The notes under the pieces: generated by a model
What the model was told of the DNA's origin: nothing
Databases searched by the model: none
The model's input: only the letters and a program-made list of their open reading frames with translations
Assembly: GCA_036501845.1 (NCBI GenBank)
Contig: DASXZO010000102.1
Span: 16,284-80,283, forward strand
From: Acidimicrobiia bacterium
GTDB taxonomy: Bacteria > Actinomycetota > Acidimicrobiia > IMCC26256 > PALSA-610
Direction of reading: 5' to 3'
Length of the DNA: 64,000 bases
Shown: positions 43,829-52,337 of the stretch, one piece after another
How the letters are laid out: each line of letters opens with the position of its first letter
How positions within the stretch are numbered: position 1 is the first letter of the stretch
Program-made: the position numbers and the translations under genes

Positions 43829-44284
43829 GTGAACATGCCGCCCTCATCCGAGTCGACCGCCGACCTGGTGTGCATCTCGCCCCATCAAGCCCTCTTCGGG
43901 TCGTGGGCCGCGGCAGTGCTGATCGACATCGTCGTACTGAACCTCATCATCGAGTTCGTCCCGTCGATCACAATCGACTCGTTCTATATCTCGATCCTGA
44001 CTGCGTGTCTCTTCCGACTCCTGCTCGGCGTGACCCTCCAGATCGAACATCGCCTCACGCGATACTTCCGGTCGAAGCACGGACGAGCCATGCGCATCGT
44101 GGGTGCACTCGCTGCGTATCTCGTGCTGTTCGCGAGCAAGTTCGTCATCCTCGAAGCCGTCGACCGCGTCTTCGGCGCCCGTGTGGATCTCGGCGGCCTC
44201 GGCGAAGTCATCTTGATTTCGCTCACGCTGCACGCCTCGGAAATCGTGTTTCGGCGCGTATACGAGTGGCTCGCCAAGCACTGA
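43829..44284 (+). CDS. integral membrane protein (4 predicted helices, no family recognised)
   Basis: Hydrophobic helices include WAAAVLIDIVVLNLIIEFV, FYISILTACLFRLLLGV, IVGALAAYLVLFASKFVIL and LGEVILISLTLHA. Confidence 0.65.
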   Translation: MNMPPSSESTADLVCISPHQALFGSWAAAVLIDIVVLNLIIEFVPSITIDSFYISILTACLFRLLLGVTLQIEHRLTRYFRSKHGRAMRIVGALAAYLVLFASKFVILEAVDRVFGARVDLGGLGEVILISLTLHASEIVFRRVYEWLAKH

Positions 44285-44344
44285 TACGGGAGTGCGGCAG
44301 ACTCGTGCGGCACTACGACGCCTGAGGCGAGCTTTTGCCGTCGG

Positions 44345-44926
44345 TCAATGCGCGGAGTTCGTGATGTCCGTGGCGAAGACGGTGGTGGTCGTATGCGCAT
44401 ACGCGTCGACGGGCAGCGCGACTTGGAAATCCAGCGCCGTATTGAACTGCCAGTTCCCAGGCCCGAAGTACGCGGTGCGGGTCGTTGTGGCGCTGGTCTC
44501 GACGTTCGCCGGGAAGGCCGCGCGCTCGGGATACGAGTCGGTCATGCACGTCGGTCCTTGCGATGCCGGGCAGTAGAGCGAACCGCTGAGCGACGTGCCG
44601 CCAGGATTGGCGGTGACCGACGAGATCACCGTGACGAGGTCGTAGTGACCAGTCGGGACGGTCAGGGCCACCGAAGCGCAGGCCGTCCAGGTGTAGCTCT
44701 GAGTCACGCAACTGGATGTGGTCTCGATGGCGGTGTTGTGGAATGTCCACAGGTCGGTCGACTTCGCCGGCGTGACGGCACCAGCATGCAGGTCCTGGGC
44801 TTGGATCGTCCCGTCCACAATGTCAGACGAGCGCACGGTGTTCGCCGCATACGCCGTCCCACTGAGCGCGACGAACAGCGCCACGAACGCCACGAGGTTG
44901 TGCCGGAAGAGTGTCCGAAGCTTCAT
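44345..44926 (-). CDS. secreted protein (no family recognised)
   Basis: I trimmed the track ORF to ATG 44926 (GGAGGG 8 nt upstream). The signal is MKLRTLFRHNLVAFVALFVALSGTAYA. Element 2 lies 66 nt upstream. Confidence 0.7.
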   Translation of the reverse strand: MKLRTLFRHNLVAFVALFVALSGTAYAANTVRSSDIVDGTIQAQDLHAGAVTPAKSTDLWTFHNTAIETTSSCVTQSYTWTACASVALTVPTGHYDLVTVISSVTANPGGTSLSGSLYCPASQGPTCMTDSYPERAAFPANVETSATTTRTAYFGPGNWQFNTALDFQVALPVDAYAHTTTTVFATDITNSAH

Positions 44927-44991
44927 GAAGAACCCTCCATTGCGGTCGTCGTTGGATCGACCCCAGTTTCGGACCTTCGTCGCGCCCGCAC

Positions 44992-45008
44992 ATCCGGCAC
45001 CTGACGGA
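44992..45008. promoter_or_regulatory. element 2, copy R2
   Basis: The plus strand reads ATCCGGCACCTGACGGA. The ~97 nt from here to the ATG align with the R1 leader. Confidence 0.55.
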
Positions 45009-45063
45009 CGCAGCCTCTTCGACCTCAAGGTCTTGGAGTGCGCCCACCGCGATTCGAGCTCGC

Positions 45064-45480
45064 CTACTCCCCCAGCGCCGCGCGTAGATCGCGGACATGC
45101 TCTTGCGTTTGGGTGAGCAATGGACGCAGCGCCTCCGCGACGTCGACCAGCCCGAGTTCGTTGGCCTGCTGCACGCGCTCGCGGTACCGCTCGAGTTGAG
45201 CCGTCTCGAGTTTGAGATCGTTGCCGAGCGCTTCGCGTGCGTCGGAAGCAGGCGTTGCGTGTGCGGAATCGGTGGTTGGGACGCCACCGAGGAAGTCGAC
45301 CTGCTCGGCCAGAATCAAAGCGTGTGCAACCTCCTGACCGACGTGGACTCGCAGTTCGTCGACCGTGCTCAGGTATTCGGCCCCGCTGATGACCGCGATG
45401 TGCTGGATGTACTGCACGATCGATTGGTATTCGGTCGCGAGGTCTGCGTTCAACAGATCAATGAACTCTGGCTTCTCCAT
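45064..45480 (-). CDS. ferritin-like (four-helix-bundle, Dps/bacterioferritin-like) protein
   Basis: The sequence LNADLATEYQSIVQYIQH...GQEVAHALILAEQVDFLGG...LKLETAQLERYRE shows the paired E..H and E metal-ligand helices of the ferritin-like superfamily. Confidence 0.75.
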   Translation of the reverse strand: MEKPEFIDLLNADLATEYQSIVQYIQHIAVISGAEYLSTVDELRVHVGQEVAHALILAEQVDFLGGVPTTDSAHATPASDAREALGNDLKLETAQLERYRERVQQANELGLVDVAEALRPLLTQTQEHVRDLRAALGE

Positions 45481-45531
45481 AGCCAGCGCGATTACCCGAA
45501 GCTCAGCCTGGCTACGCCTCCCGCGTTTTCG

Positions 45532-48507
45532 TCAGCTGAGGAACACGAACGCGTCTACGTCGATGCGAGCGCGTCCCGCGGTGGCCGGGTTCGTGATCAC
45601 GATCGTGTGCTTGCCGACCCCGAAGGCCCGGACGAACATGATCGCCTCAGTACTAGTCGACGAACTCTTGGTGTCGACTGACACCGGAGCTGCCGCGTCG
45701 AGCTTGATCGACGCCACGCCGCGGTTCGGGGCGCGCGTCGTGACCCACGCCAACTCCTTGCCAGTGAATGTGAACGTCGCCGTCCGACCCTTCGTCGTCG
45801 AGAAGTCAACCGAGCCGCCTGACGAACCGGCGAGCGCCTGATGCGTCCAGCCGGCCGAGTAGATGACGCCCGCACCGTTCTCCTGCACAAGGTTCACTTT
45901 GAATGCGCTGCCGGAAACGAACGCGCTGGCGTTGCCGGCTACGTCGGTCGCGAGCACCTGGTACTGGTACATGTGGCCCGCGGCGAGCGTCTGGGTGATC
46001 GATGTGGCACTCGATCCCTGCGAGACGATCGCGTATGAGCCCTTGTCCACCTTGCGTTCCACTACGTACGAGTTCACGCCGCTTGCGCCGTCGACGGCGT
46101 GCCAGGTGATCGTGACCGGTACGCCCGCCGTAATGAGCCTCGAGCCGATCGCGAGGGTCGCCTTGGGCGCAGCGTCGACAACGGGTGGGTACGGGTCGTA
46201 ACACATCGGGCCGTAGTACTGGTCGCCACTCGAGAGGCCCTCGTTGTCCCACGCCAGGATGTGGATCGTGTGGCAACCCTGGCCGACGTCCGACATGTGG
46301 ACCGTGCCCGTCGTGCCGTTCGGCACCTGCGGACCGTCGTAGAACACGCCACCGCTTCCGGGATGCGGTTCCGAGACCGGATCGGCGACGGCTTGGTCCC
46401 ACGCCGAACTGAACCCGGCGACGCCCGTGGGCGGCCCGCTGCCGCCGGTATCGGCAACCGTCCACGTGATCGCCGGGTTCGTGCGCCACCACACGTTCTT
46501 CTCGGGCGTGTTGGTGAGCGACACGGTGGGCCTGCCATTGTCGTAGCCCGTGAACCAGTTGAGATCCCAGGCGAGCTGCAGCATGTTCACCGAACCCCAC
46601 CCCGTGACGAGGTCATAACCAGGCGTTGCGCAGTAGCCGGTGCCGACGTTGTTGCTGTTGCAACCGCTCGTGATGTCGTAGAACGGGGAGTGAGTGCCCG
46701 TGAGCTTGCCGGCGGCCCACACCGGGAAGTTGGCGTCGCCGACAGGCCCTTTACCGTATGAGAGCTGGTAGGCGTTTTCTTGCGCGAAGAAGCCGGCCAT
46801 TTCGGGCGCGGCGATGCTCGTGCCTCCCCACGTCCCAGCGCCGCCATTCACGTAGATACGTTGCGGCGTGTTGAGCCAATCGGCGTTGAGTGCGAGATCG
46901 GGAATGCTCCGCGCCGTCCCGCACTGGTGCAGCGTGTCGTACGAACCCGCGCTGAAGTGCGAGCTGCATCCGCCACCCGAACCGCCGCCGTTGTTTGCGC
47001 AACCCTGCGAGTTCGCACCCCAGGCCACTTCTGACACGAACGTGTCGTTCGCGGTGAGGGTCAACTGGGTGCCGCCGACGGCGAGGACGTCCGGGTCGGA
47101 TTGCGGGTAGCCCACACTCGCGTGTGAACAGTCGTCGTATGCGCCGCGATCGCCCGACGCCGCCATGAGTGTCCAGCCCTGACCGAGCATCGAGTTGAAG
47201 ATGCTGTGGCGTGTGTCCATCGCCGCGTCGCTGCACCCGTAGACCTCGGTGCAACTCCAACTGGTCTCGAAGACGCGCGCGAAATTGTCGTTGAGGATGT
47301 GGTTGTACAGATCGGCGACGGTGGCGTCGTTGCGGTTCACCCCGTCGTACATGATCACCTTGGCGGTGTCACACCCGCAGCCGAAGCTGTTCGAGGTGGC
47401 GAGGGCCCATTCGCCGTCGGCGGTCCCCTCGATGTCACCCGCGGCGGGAGTGCCGTCGATCCAGTACTCGGCGATGTTGCTCGCGAGGAACGGGAAGAGC
47501 CCGAGAAAGCCGCTGAAGTCGGCGCCCGACTGGCTGCCGTACGAAGCGATCGCGATGGTCGCCTCACGCGGCGACGCGCTCCCTGTATGGAATGGATTGC
47601 AGCAGTGGCCCTGGTTGCGCAAGGCGGCGTAGTCGTATGCCTGCGACGTGTAGAAATCGGGCGGCGTGTACACCCCGTTGTCGATGCGACGTTCCGCGCC
47701 AGCCGACGCGGTGCTCGCAGGCGAGGTTCTGCTCGTCCCGCTCGGCGCGGCCCCGGGTTGCAACGACCGCGGCAACTTCGCGGGGTCGCCATCCTTGTAC
47801 ACGGTGGGGCCCGCTGCTTCGGCCGGACCCGCGACGTACGTTGGGTTCGCGGTGGGCGCGTCACCGCCGGCCGGGTGCATCTGCTGGATGTCGTTGAGCC
47901 CATCGACTGAGCGGACGATGGCCCCGACGTCGGCGGGCATCACGGGTTCAGAGTCATTGGCGAAGTATGACTCCCCGCGATCGGTGTAGTTGCGTAGGTG
48001 CACACTGAACGCTCGATCGATCGTGGCCACCGTGCCACTCACGTCGACGATCAGCCGGTTCGGATAACGGTCGGTGATCGTCAGTCCCATTGATCGAGCC
48101 CACTCGACGACTGCGCGCTCCGACGCGACGCTCGGCGAGAACCGTGCGTTCCACTGCGCCGGCGTGAGGAAGTGATGAAAGGACGGCGACGAACGATCCT
48201 CGAGCGCATCGATGAATCGTTGCTCACCTGCAGGGTCCGGCGTACGCAAACCGAGCGCGAGGCGGAGCGTTTGTTGCGAGTCGACGTCGCCGCGCGAGAT
48301 GGCTTCGCCCGAACGCACCTGGGGCGGGACTTGCGATGCCGTCAGCGCGTCGTCGCGAGTCTCGGATACGGCCGGCGCGATTGTGTGACCGCGGTCGGAC
48401 GTCAATGCAGCGTCTGATGTCTGTGGGAGGCCGATCGCTCCGGCGACCACAATTACCGCAAGGCCGGCACCGACCCGATGTAACCCGAACAGCCTCTGAT
48501 TCAGCAC
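45532..48507 (-). CDS. secreted S53 (sedolisin/kumamolisin-like) serine peptidase with long C-terminal Ig/FN3-like extension
   Basis: The pro-kumamolisin activation domain is FHHFLTPAQWNARFSPS...VVEWARSMGLTITDRYPNRLIVDVSGTVATIDRAF. The S53 catalytic Ser context is WGGTSIAAPEMAGFFA. About 400 aa of beta-rich domains follow. I chose GTG 48507 (signal LHRVGAGLAVIVVAGAIG); the start is uncertain. Confidence 0.85.
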   Translation of the reverse strand: MLNQRLFGLHRVGAGLAVIVVAGAIGLPQTSDAALTSDRGHTIAPAVSETRDDALTASQVPPQVRSGEAISRGDVDSQQTLRLALGLRTPDPAGEQRFIDALEDRSSPSFHHFLTPAQWNARFSPSVASERAVVEWARSMGLTITDRYPNRLIVDVSGTVATIDRAFSVHLRNYTDRGESYFANDSEPVMPADVGAIVRSVDGLNDIQQMHPAGGDAPTANPTYVAGPAEAAGPTVYKDGDPAKLPRSLQPGAAPSGTSRTSPASTASAGAERRIDNGVYTPPDFYTSQAYDYAALRNQGHCCNPFHTGSASPREATIAIASYGSQSGADFSGFLGLFPFLASNIAEYWIDGTPAAGDIEGTADGEWALATSNSFGCGCDTAKVIMYDGVNRNDATVADLYNHILNDNFARVFETSWSCTEVYGCSDAAMDTRHSIFNSMLGQGWTLMAASGDRGAYDDCSHASVGYPQSDPDVLAVGGTQLTLTANDTFVSEVAWGANSQGCANNGGGSGGGCSSHFSAGSYDTLHQCGTARSIPDLALNADWLNTPQRIYVNGGAGTWGGTSIAAPEMAGFFAQENAYQLSYGKGPVGDANFPVWAAGKLTGTHSPFYDITSGCNSNNVGTGYCATPGYDLVTGWGSVNMLQLAWDLNWFTGYDNGRPTVSLTNTPEKNVWWRTNPAITWTVADTGGSGPPTGVAGFSSAWDQAVADPVSEPHPGSGGVFYDGPQVPNGTTGTVHMSDVGQGCHTIHILAWDNEGLSSGDQYYGPMCYDPYPPVVDAAPKATLAIGSRLITAGVPVTITWHAVDGASGVNSYVVERKVDKGSYAIVSQGSSATSITQTLAAGHMYQYQVLATDVAGNASAFVSGSAFKVNLVQENGAGVIYSAGWTHQALAGSSGGSVDFSTTKGRTATFTFTGKELAWVTTRAPNRGVASIKLDAAAPVSVDTKSSSTSTEAIMFVRAFGVGKHTIVITNPATAGRARIDVDAFVFLS

Positions 48508-48541
48508 CCGGCCATGATCCGCCGGCGACGATGCCCGAGCA

Positions 48542-48558
48542 TCCGTCAGGTGCCGGAT
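48542..48558. promoter_or_regulatory. element 2, copy R3
   Basis: The plus strand reads TCCGTCAGGTGCCGGAT, 35 nt upstream of the proposed peptidase start. Confidence 0.5.
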
Positions 48559-48630
48559 ATGCCGGTAGAATCCCACAGGCGGCCCCCGTTTGTCACCGGG
48601 CTGCACGTGTACGAGAGTGGGCGCGATCGG

Positions 48631-49197
48631 TTAGCCCGTCGGGGTGTGTTCGTGGTGGTGGTCCACTGCGGTGAGCCAGCTTTCGTGGCGATAGCCGGCG
48701 ATCGCGGCGCGCACGACCTCCTCGACGTGTTCGGTGTCGATTCCCAGCGCGTGCCCGATGTGCACCGACCAGATCTCGGCGCGCAGGTTGTTCTCGAAAT
48801 CGATGTCGCTGCGCACCTCCGAGCGCGCCGCCTGGCGGTTTTGGCTCACCATGACGAACGTGGCGAGGAAGATCGCCTCGAGGCTGACCACCATCGTCAG
48901 CAGTCCGTACGGGAACGCGTCGAACACCAGCTTCGCTCCGAGGAGGCCCGCATTCATGGCGATCCAGACGCCGAACCACACGGCGTGGATGTATACGAAG
49001 CTGAGTGATCCGGCGAACGTAGTGACTCTGTCGGCGACGCGGTCCTGGGTGCGGCGGAACGCGGCGATGACTCGTCGTTCGTTACCGACGGCGTACGGAC
49101 CGGACTTGAACAGCTTGCCGTCTTCGACGCCATCGGCGCGATCGATGACGCGACAGGCCGGACACGCGAGGGTGGGTTCGTCCATGCGACGAACCAT
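48631..49197 (-). CDS. DUF1003-family membrane protein
   Basis: The sequence FAGSLSFVYIHAVWFGVWIAMN...FDAFPYGLLTMVVSLEAIFLATFVMVSQNRQ is the DUF1003 two-helix core. I trimmed the 290-aa track ORF to ATG 49197. Confidence 0.8.
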   Translation of the reverse strand: MVRRMDEPTLACPACRVIDRADGVEDGKLFKSGPYAVGNERRVIAAFRRTQDRVADRVTTFAGSLSFVYIHAVWFGVWIAMNAGLLGAKLVFDAFPYGLLTMVVSLEAIFLATFVMVSQNRQAARSEVRSDIDFENNLRAEIWSVHIGHALGIDTEHVEEVVRAAIAGYRHESWLTAVDHHHEHTPTG

Positions 49198-49478
49198 GCC
49201 ACGACCGCGCTCGACACGGACGGATCGCCAGCAGTCGCGACGAGTAGCCGGGCGACATCCTCCGACCGGGGGGTCGACGCCGCCGGTGTGGTCGTGCACC
49301 GTAACGACTGGGTGGGTCGGTGCGTGTCCCACCCCGCACCGACTCACTCCAGTGAGCCTGCCCGACCTCAGCGATGCTGCCTCGCATTCTGTGATCCGAG
49401 TGAACCTGGTGGTGACAGGAGAACACCGTGCGGCGCGACGTAGCGGGCGCAGTTTGTCGGGTCCGTTGACGTTGCCCG

Positions 49479-50087
49479 TTATGGCACACAAGGGCTGGTG
49501 CACGTGTACTGCACAGTCGCCCCGTGGAAGATGCCGCTGAACTCGCCGCTACCCGGATACGGAGACGTCGGCTGCGGCCGCCACTGCACCACATAACGGC
49601 GCCCGTTCACCACCGTTGCGATCGGGTTGCCGGTCTTCGTGTAGGTGGCGCGGTGGCACGGTCCCGCGTAGTACGGCGTGTCGAACGACACGTTCGTCGT
49701 CGTCATCGCATCCTGAGGCACGTACGAACCGAACATCAGCGGTTCGCCGAGACAGCCCGTGCGGTCGCCGGGAGTGAGTGTGAAGCTCACCGCCGTGACC
49801 CTCGCGCCTTTCGGCAGATTGATCGCGGCCTCGAAGGTGATCGGGCCGTTCGGTGGCTGTTCGCTGCTCTCGTACGAGGGCGTGACACCGCCTCCCGAGT
49901 TCGCGACGGCCTGTGGGGTCACTCGCGCGTCGAGCGAATGCATGTCGGTGCCGGCAACGGTGACAGTGAACGAAGTCGGAACGGCGGCCGCGGTGCTCGC
50001 CGACGACGATGCGGCCACGAAGATGCCGCCGCCACCGGCGGCAACGACAGTGACGGCGACGAGCGCAATGCGCTGGTGCAACGTCAT
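49479..50087 (-). CDS. secreted protein (orphan family 2, paralog B)
   Basis: The protein is collinear with 33778..34392 and has the same C-terminus, GIFHGATVQYTCTSPCVP. Its ATG overlaps the stop of the upstream gene (ATGA). Confidence 0.8.
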   Translation of the reverse strand: MTLHQRIALVAVTVVAAGGGGIFVAASSSASTAAAVPTSFTVTVAGTDMHSLDARVTPQAVANSGGGVTPSYESSEQPPNGPITFEAAINLPKGARVTAVSFTLTPGDRTGCLGEPLMFGSYVPQDAMTTTNVSFDTPYYAGPCHRATYTKTGNPIATVVNGRRYVVQWRPQPTSPYPGSGEFSGIFHGATVQYTCTSPCVP

Positions 50088-51256
50088 GAAGGATTGACCT
50101 GCTGGTGCCAGAGGCCTGCGCCATTGTTGATCACGATGTCGAGGGTCCCATTGGAGGCTTCACCCGCCACCTTGTAGACGCCGGATGTGCCCGACGGCGG
50201 CGTGAGATTGTGCACGGCACCGAACCCCGTCGCCGCGGTGTTCGTCAGCGCCGTGTAGACGTGGTTGGACTTGGTCCAGATCACCCACATCTGGCCGCCG
50301 GGCGCCGGGGCGATCGCCACGTTCGCGGTCGCGCCTGCGCTGCTCGGGACCGCGATCGACGACGTCGCACCGACCTTCCAGAGCCGCACGCCGGTGCACG
50401 TCGGGTAACCGACGCAGTATGCCTCGTACAGCCCGCCACCGACTCGTGCGGCGAGCGCGACGCGCTGGTCCGTCATGATGAAGTCACCCTTGCTGTTCAC
50501 CGATCCTGGCACGAACGCCGGGCTGCTCGCAGTGGGGAGCACGCGCTCCACCCACAGCCCCGGCTTCGACCCGTTGCTCGACCAACCGACGTAGGTGGCT
50601 CCGGTTGCGGAGTCTCGGACCAACGCGGTGTGGTACAGGCAACAGGTGCCGTTCGTGACTGTCTTGTCAGGTTCGGTCGCGGGATTCTTTGCGCTCACCC
50701 CGGAGTGGACATAGATCGACTCGTTGAAGGCGAATGCGCCGATCGGCGTGGTGCCGTTCATGACCGCATCAGCGCCGTAGTCGGAGTACGCCGTCTTGGC
50801 GTGTGACATCGCCCCAGCGTTGAGCGTGTAGCTCGTTCCGTTCGTGCTGAGAGCCGTGTAGAGCGCACCCGAGGTGAACGGATCCTTGATGTTGGTGCTG
50901 CGCAGCCCGCTGAACACGAGACGCAAGCGGCTGCCGTCGCGGATCAGCACGGGCATGTGGATGAGCGACGACCATCCCCCCAGCACGGTCGCAGGCGCCG
51001 TGCTCACACCCTGCCGTGACACGACAGCCTGCGCGTACGACTCGCTCGAGCCGGTGTCCTGCTCGTAGATGACGTGCAGGCTGCCGTCGGAGGCGCGCGC
51101 CATGCCAGGCGTATCGCTCAGACTCACCGCGCCCGCGGTGAGTCGCGTCCACTTACCTGGAGGGCCGGCCTTGGCCGGAGCCGCGAGTCCGGCGACCGTC
51201 AACGTGCCGACGGCACCGATTGCGAGAAGTCGACGCGCGCGTCTGTGCATCTTCAT
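50084..51256 (-). CDS. secreted protein, beta-rich / possibly propeller-like (no family recognised)
   Basis: The signal is MKMHRRARRLLAIGAVGTLTVAGLAAPAKA. I chose ATG 51256 (AGGA 5 nt upstream). Repeated motifs of the type 'G.L.V.Y/W' are present. Element 2 lies upstream. Confidence 0.75.
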   Translation of the reverse strand: MKMHRRARRLLAIGAVGTLTVAGLAAPAKAGPPGKWTRLTAGAVSLSDTPGMARASDGSLHVIYEQDTGSSESYAQAVVSRQGVSTAPATVLGGWSSLIHMPVLIRDGSRLRLVFSGLRSTNIKDPFTSGALYTALSTNGTSYTLNAGAMSHAKTAYSDYGADAVMNGTTPIGAFAFNESIYVHSGVSAKNPATEPDKTVTNGTCCLYHTALVRDSATGATYVGWSSNGSKPGLWVERVLPTASSPAFVPGSVNSKGDFIMTDQRVALAARVGGGLYEAYCVGYPTCTGVRLWKVGATSSIAVPSSAGATANVAIAPAPGGQMWVIWTKSNHVYTALTNTAATGFGAVHNLTPPSGTSGVYKVAGEASNGTLDIVINNGAGLWHQQVNPS

Positions 51257-51326
51257 GGTCATCCTGTCCAATCAACACGGCGAGGTGGTGCGCTCCCATC
51301 ATCACTCCGAAGCCGGAGGGCGGACA

Positions 51327-51343
51327 TCCGTCAGGTGCCGGAT
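51327..51343. promoter_or_regulatory. element 2, copy R4 (divergent region)
   Basis: The plus strand reads TCCGTCAGGTGCCGGAT. It lies between 50084..51256 (-) and 51572..52009 (+). Confidence 0.5.
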
Positions 51344-51571
51344 ACGTGGGGGCGTTCCGTAGACGATATTCGCTTCCGCGTCAGGCGACGCCGACCCACG
51401 GACTTCACCCTCGGCCGGACGTGCAAAACCAACAGCGCCGCGCGCGGTTTCCGAACATCAGGCTGCCAGACCCAAGTGCAAAACGAAAGTAAAAAGGTGA
51501 GACAGACCGCACGATTGGGGGTACCGGATTCCATGTAGCGGTAGGAACCGACTCGAAGGGGTGTACTGAAG

Positions 51572-52009
51572 ATGGGTCGTCTGGTGAATCGCGTCCTCGT
51601 GGTCGCAGTACCTTTCGCATGTGCGGCAGGAATGTGCGTCGGAACTGCCAACGCGGCGACGAGCGTCGTCAGTTGCAACAAACTCACCTACAACAAGACC
51701 ACGCACGCTGGAACGGTGACCGGCTGCACAGGGCAAACCGGTAGCTCCGGAACGCTCGCAAACTTCACGCCAAATGGCGGGACGGTGCACTGGAAGAACA
51801 AGACGACATCGACGTACACGACCAGCGCGTCCGACGAAGGCCCTGGTACGTGCCCATCGAAAACAGCCAAGTTCGTGCTACAGGGCAAGGTCACGAAGAG
51901 CACGAACAAGTCGGCCCCTAAGGGCTCGACGGTGTCGATGACGTTGTGCGACCCCAACGGAAGTACCGGGAACATCACGAACGCGACAGGAACGAAGGTC
52001 AAGATCTGA
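51572..52009 (+). CDS. small secreted Ser/Thr/Lys-rich Cys-containing protein
   Basis: The signal is MGRLVNRVLVVAVPFACAAGMCVGTANA. The mature part has four Cys. A GAAGGGG lies upstream. Confidence 0.7.
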   Translation: MGRLVNRVLVVAVPFACAAGMCVGTANAATSVVSCNKLTYNKTTHAGTVTGCTGQTGSSGTLANFTPNGGTVHWKNKTTSTYTTSASDEGPGTCPSKTAKFVLQGKVTKSTNKSAPKGSTVSMTLCDPNGSTGNITNATGTKVKI

Positions 52010-52081
52010 CCTGCGCGTTTGCACGGGACAACTCGGCCGCGAGTTCCGGTCGAGATCATCATGCTGCCCCAAAAACTCGAG

Positions 52082-52112
52082 GCGGGGGGCCGGCGGATCG
52101 GTCGGCCCCCGC
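52082..52112 (+). terminator. terminator-like GC hairpin after 51572..52009
   Basis: GGGGGCCG (52085-52092) pairs with CGGCCCCC (52103-52110) around a 10-nt loop. Two more base pairs are possible past a 1-nt bulge. Confidence 0.5.
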
Positions 52113-52156
52113 TTCGAACCGCGATTCTGGGCGGAATCATCCGCGAGGATCGTCGC

Positions 52157-52202
52157 CTCAGTACCGCGACGCCCAAGTGCAGTAGCGCCCACTGAGGACA
52201 CC
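52157..52202 (+). promoter_or_regulatory. composite element 1, copy E (distal copy)
   Basis: The plus strand reads CTCAGTA-N13-GTGCAGTAG-CGC-CCACTG-AGGACACC. It points at 52338..53012. The spacer is one nt shorter than in copies A-D. Confidence 0.45.
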
Positions 52203-52337
52203 TGTCTCGCCGTGCGTCAGGATGCTGAGACTCACGACGCTCATCGTCGCGCTCGTCATTGCGGTCAGATATCCGCGTCGCCGCCGACGCCGCCCCGTAT
52301 GCCGTTGCCCGTCGCGAGGCAAGGCTCTCTCACCGGC

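Noticed and set aside
45645-45685. CTCAGTA followed by the AGTCGAC...GTCGACT inverted repeat, considered as a sixth copy of element 1.
   Set aside because: It lacks the TGCAGTAG-N3-CYACTG core and the fixed spacing, and it lies inside the S53 peptidase coding sequence.
49320-49351. A true H-type pseudoknot formed by the a-b-a'-b' segments.
   Set aside because: Linkers of 0, 3 and 1 nt cannot span two 7-bp helices at the same time. I kept it only as a possible pair of mutually exclusive hairpins.
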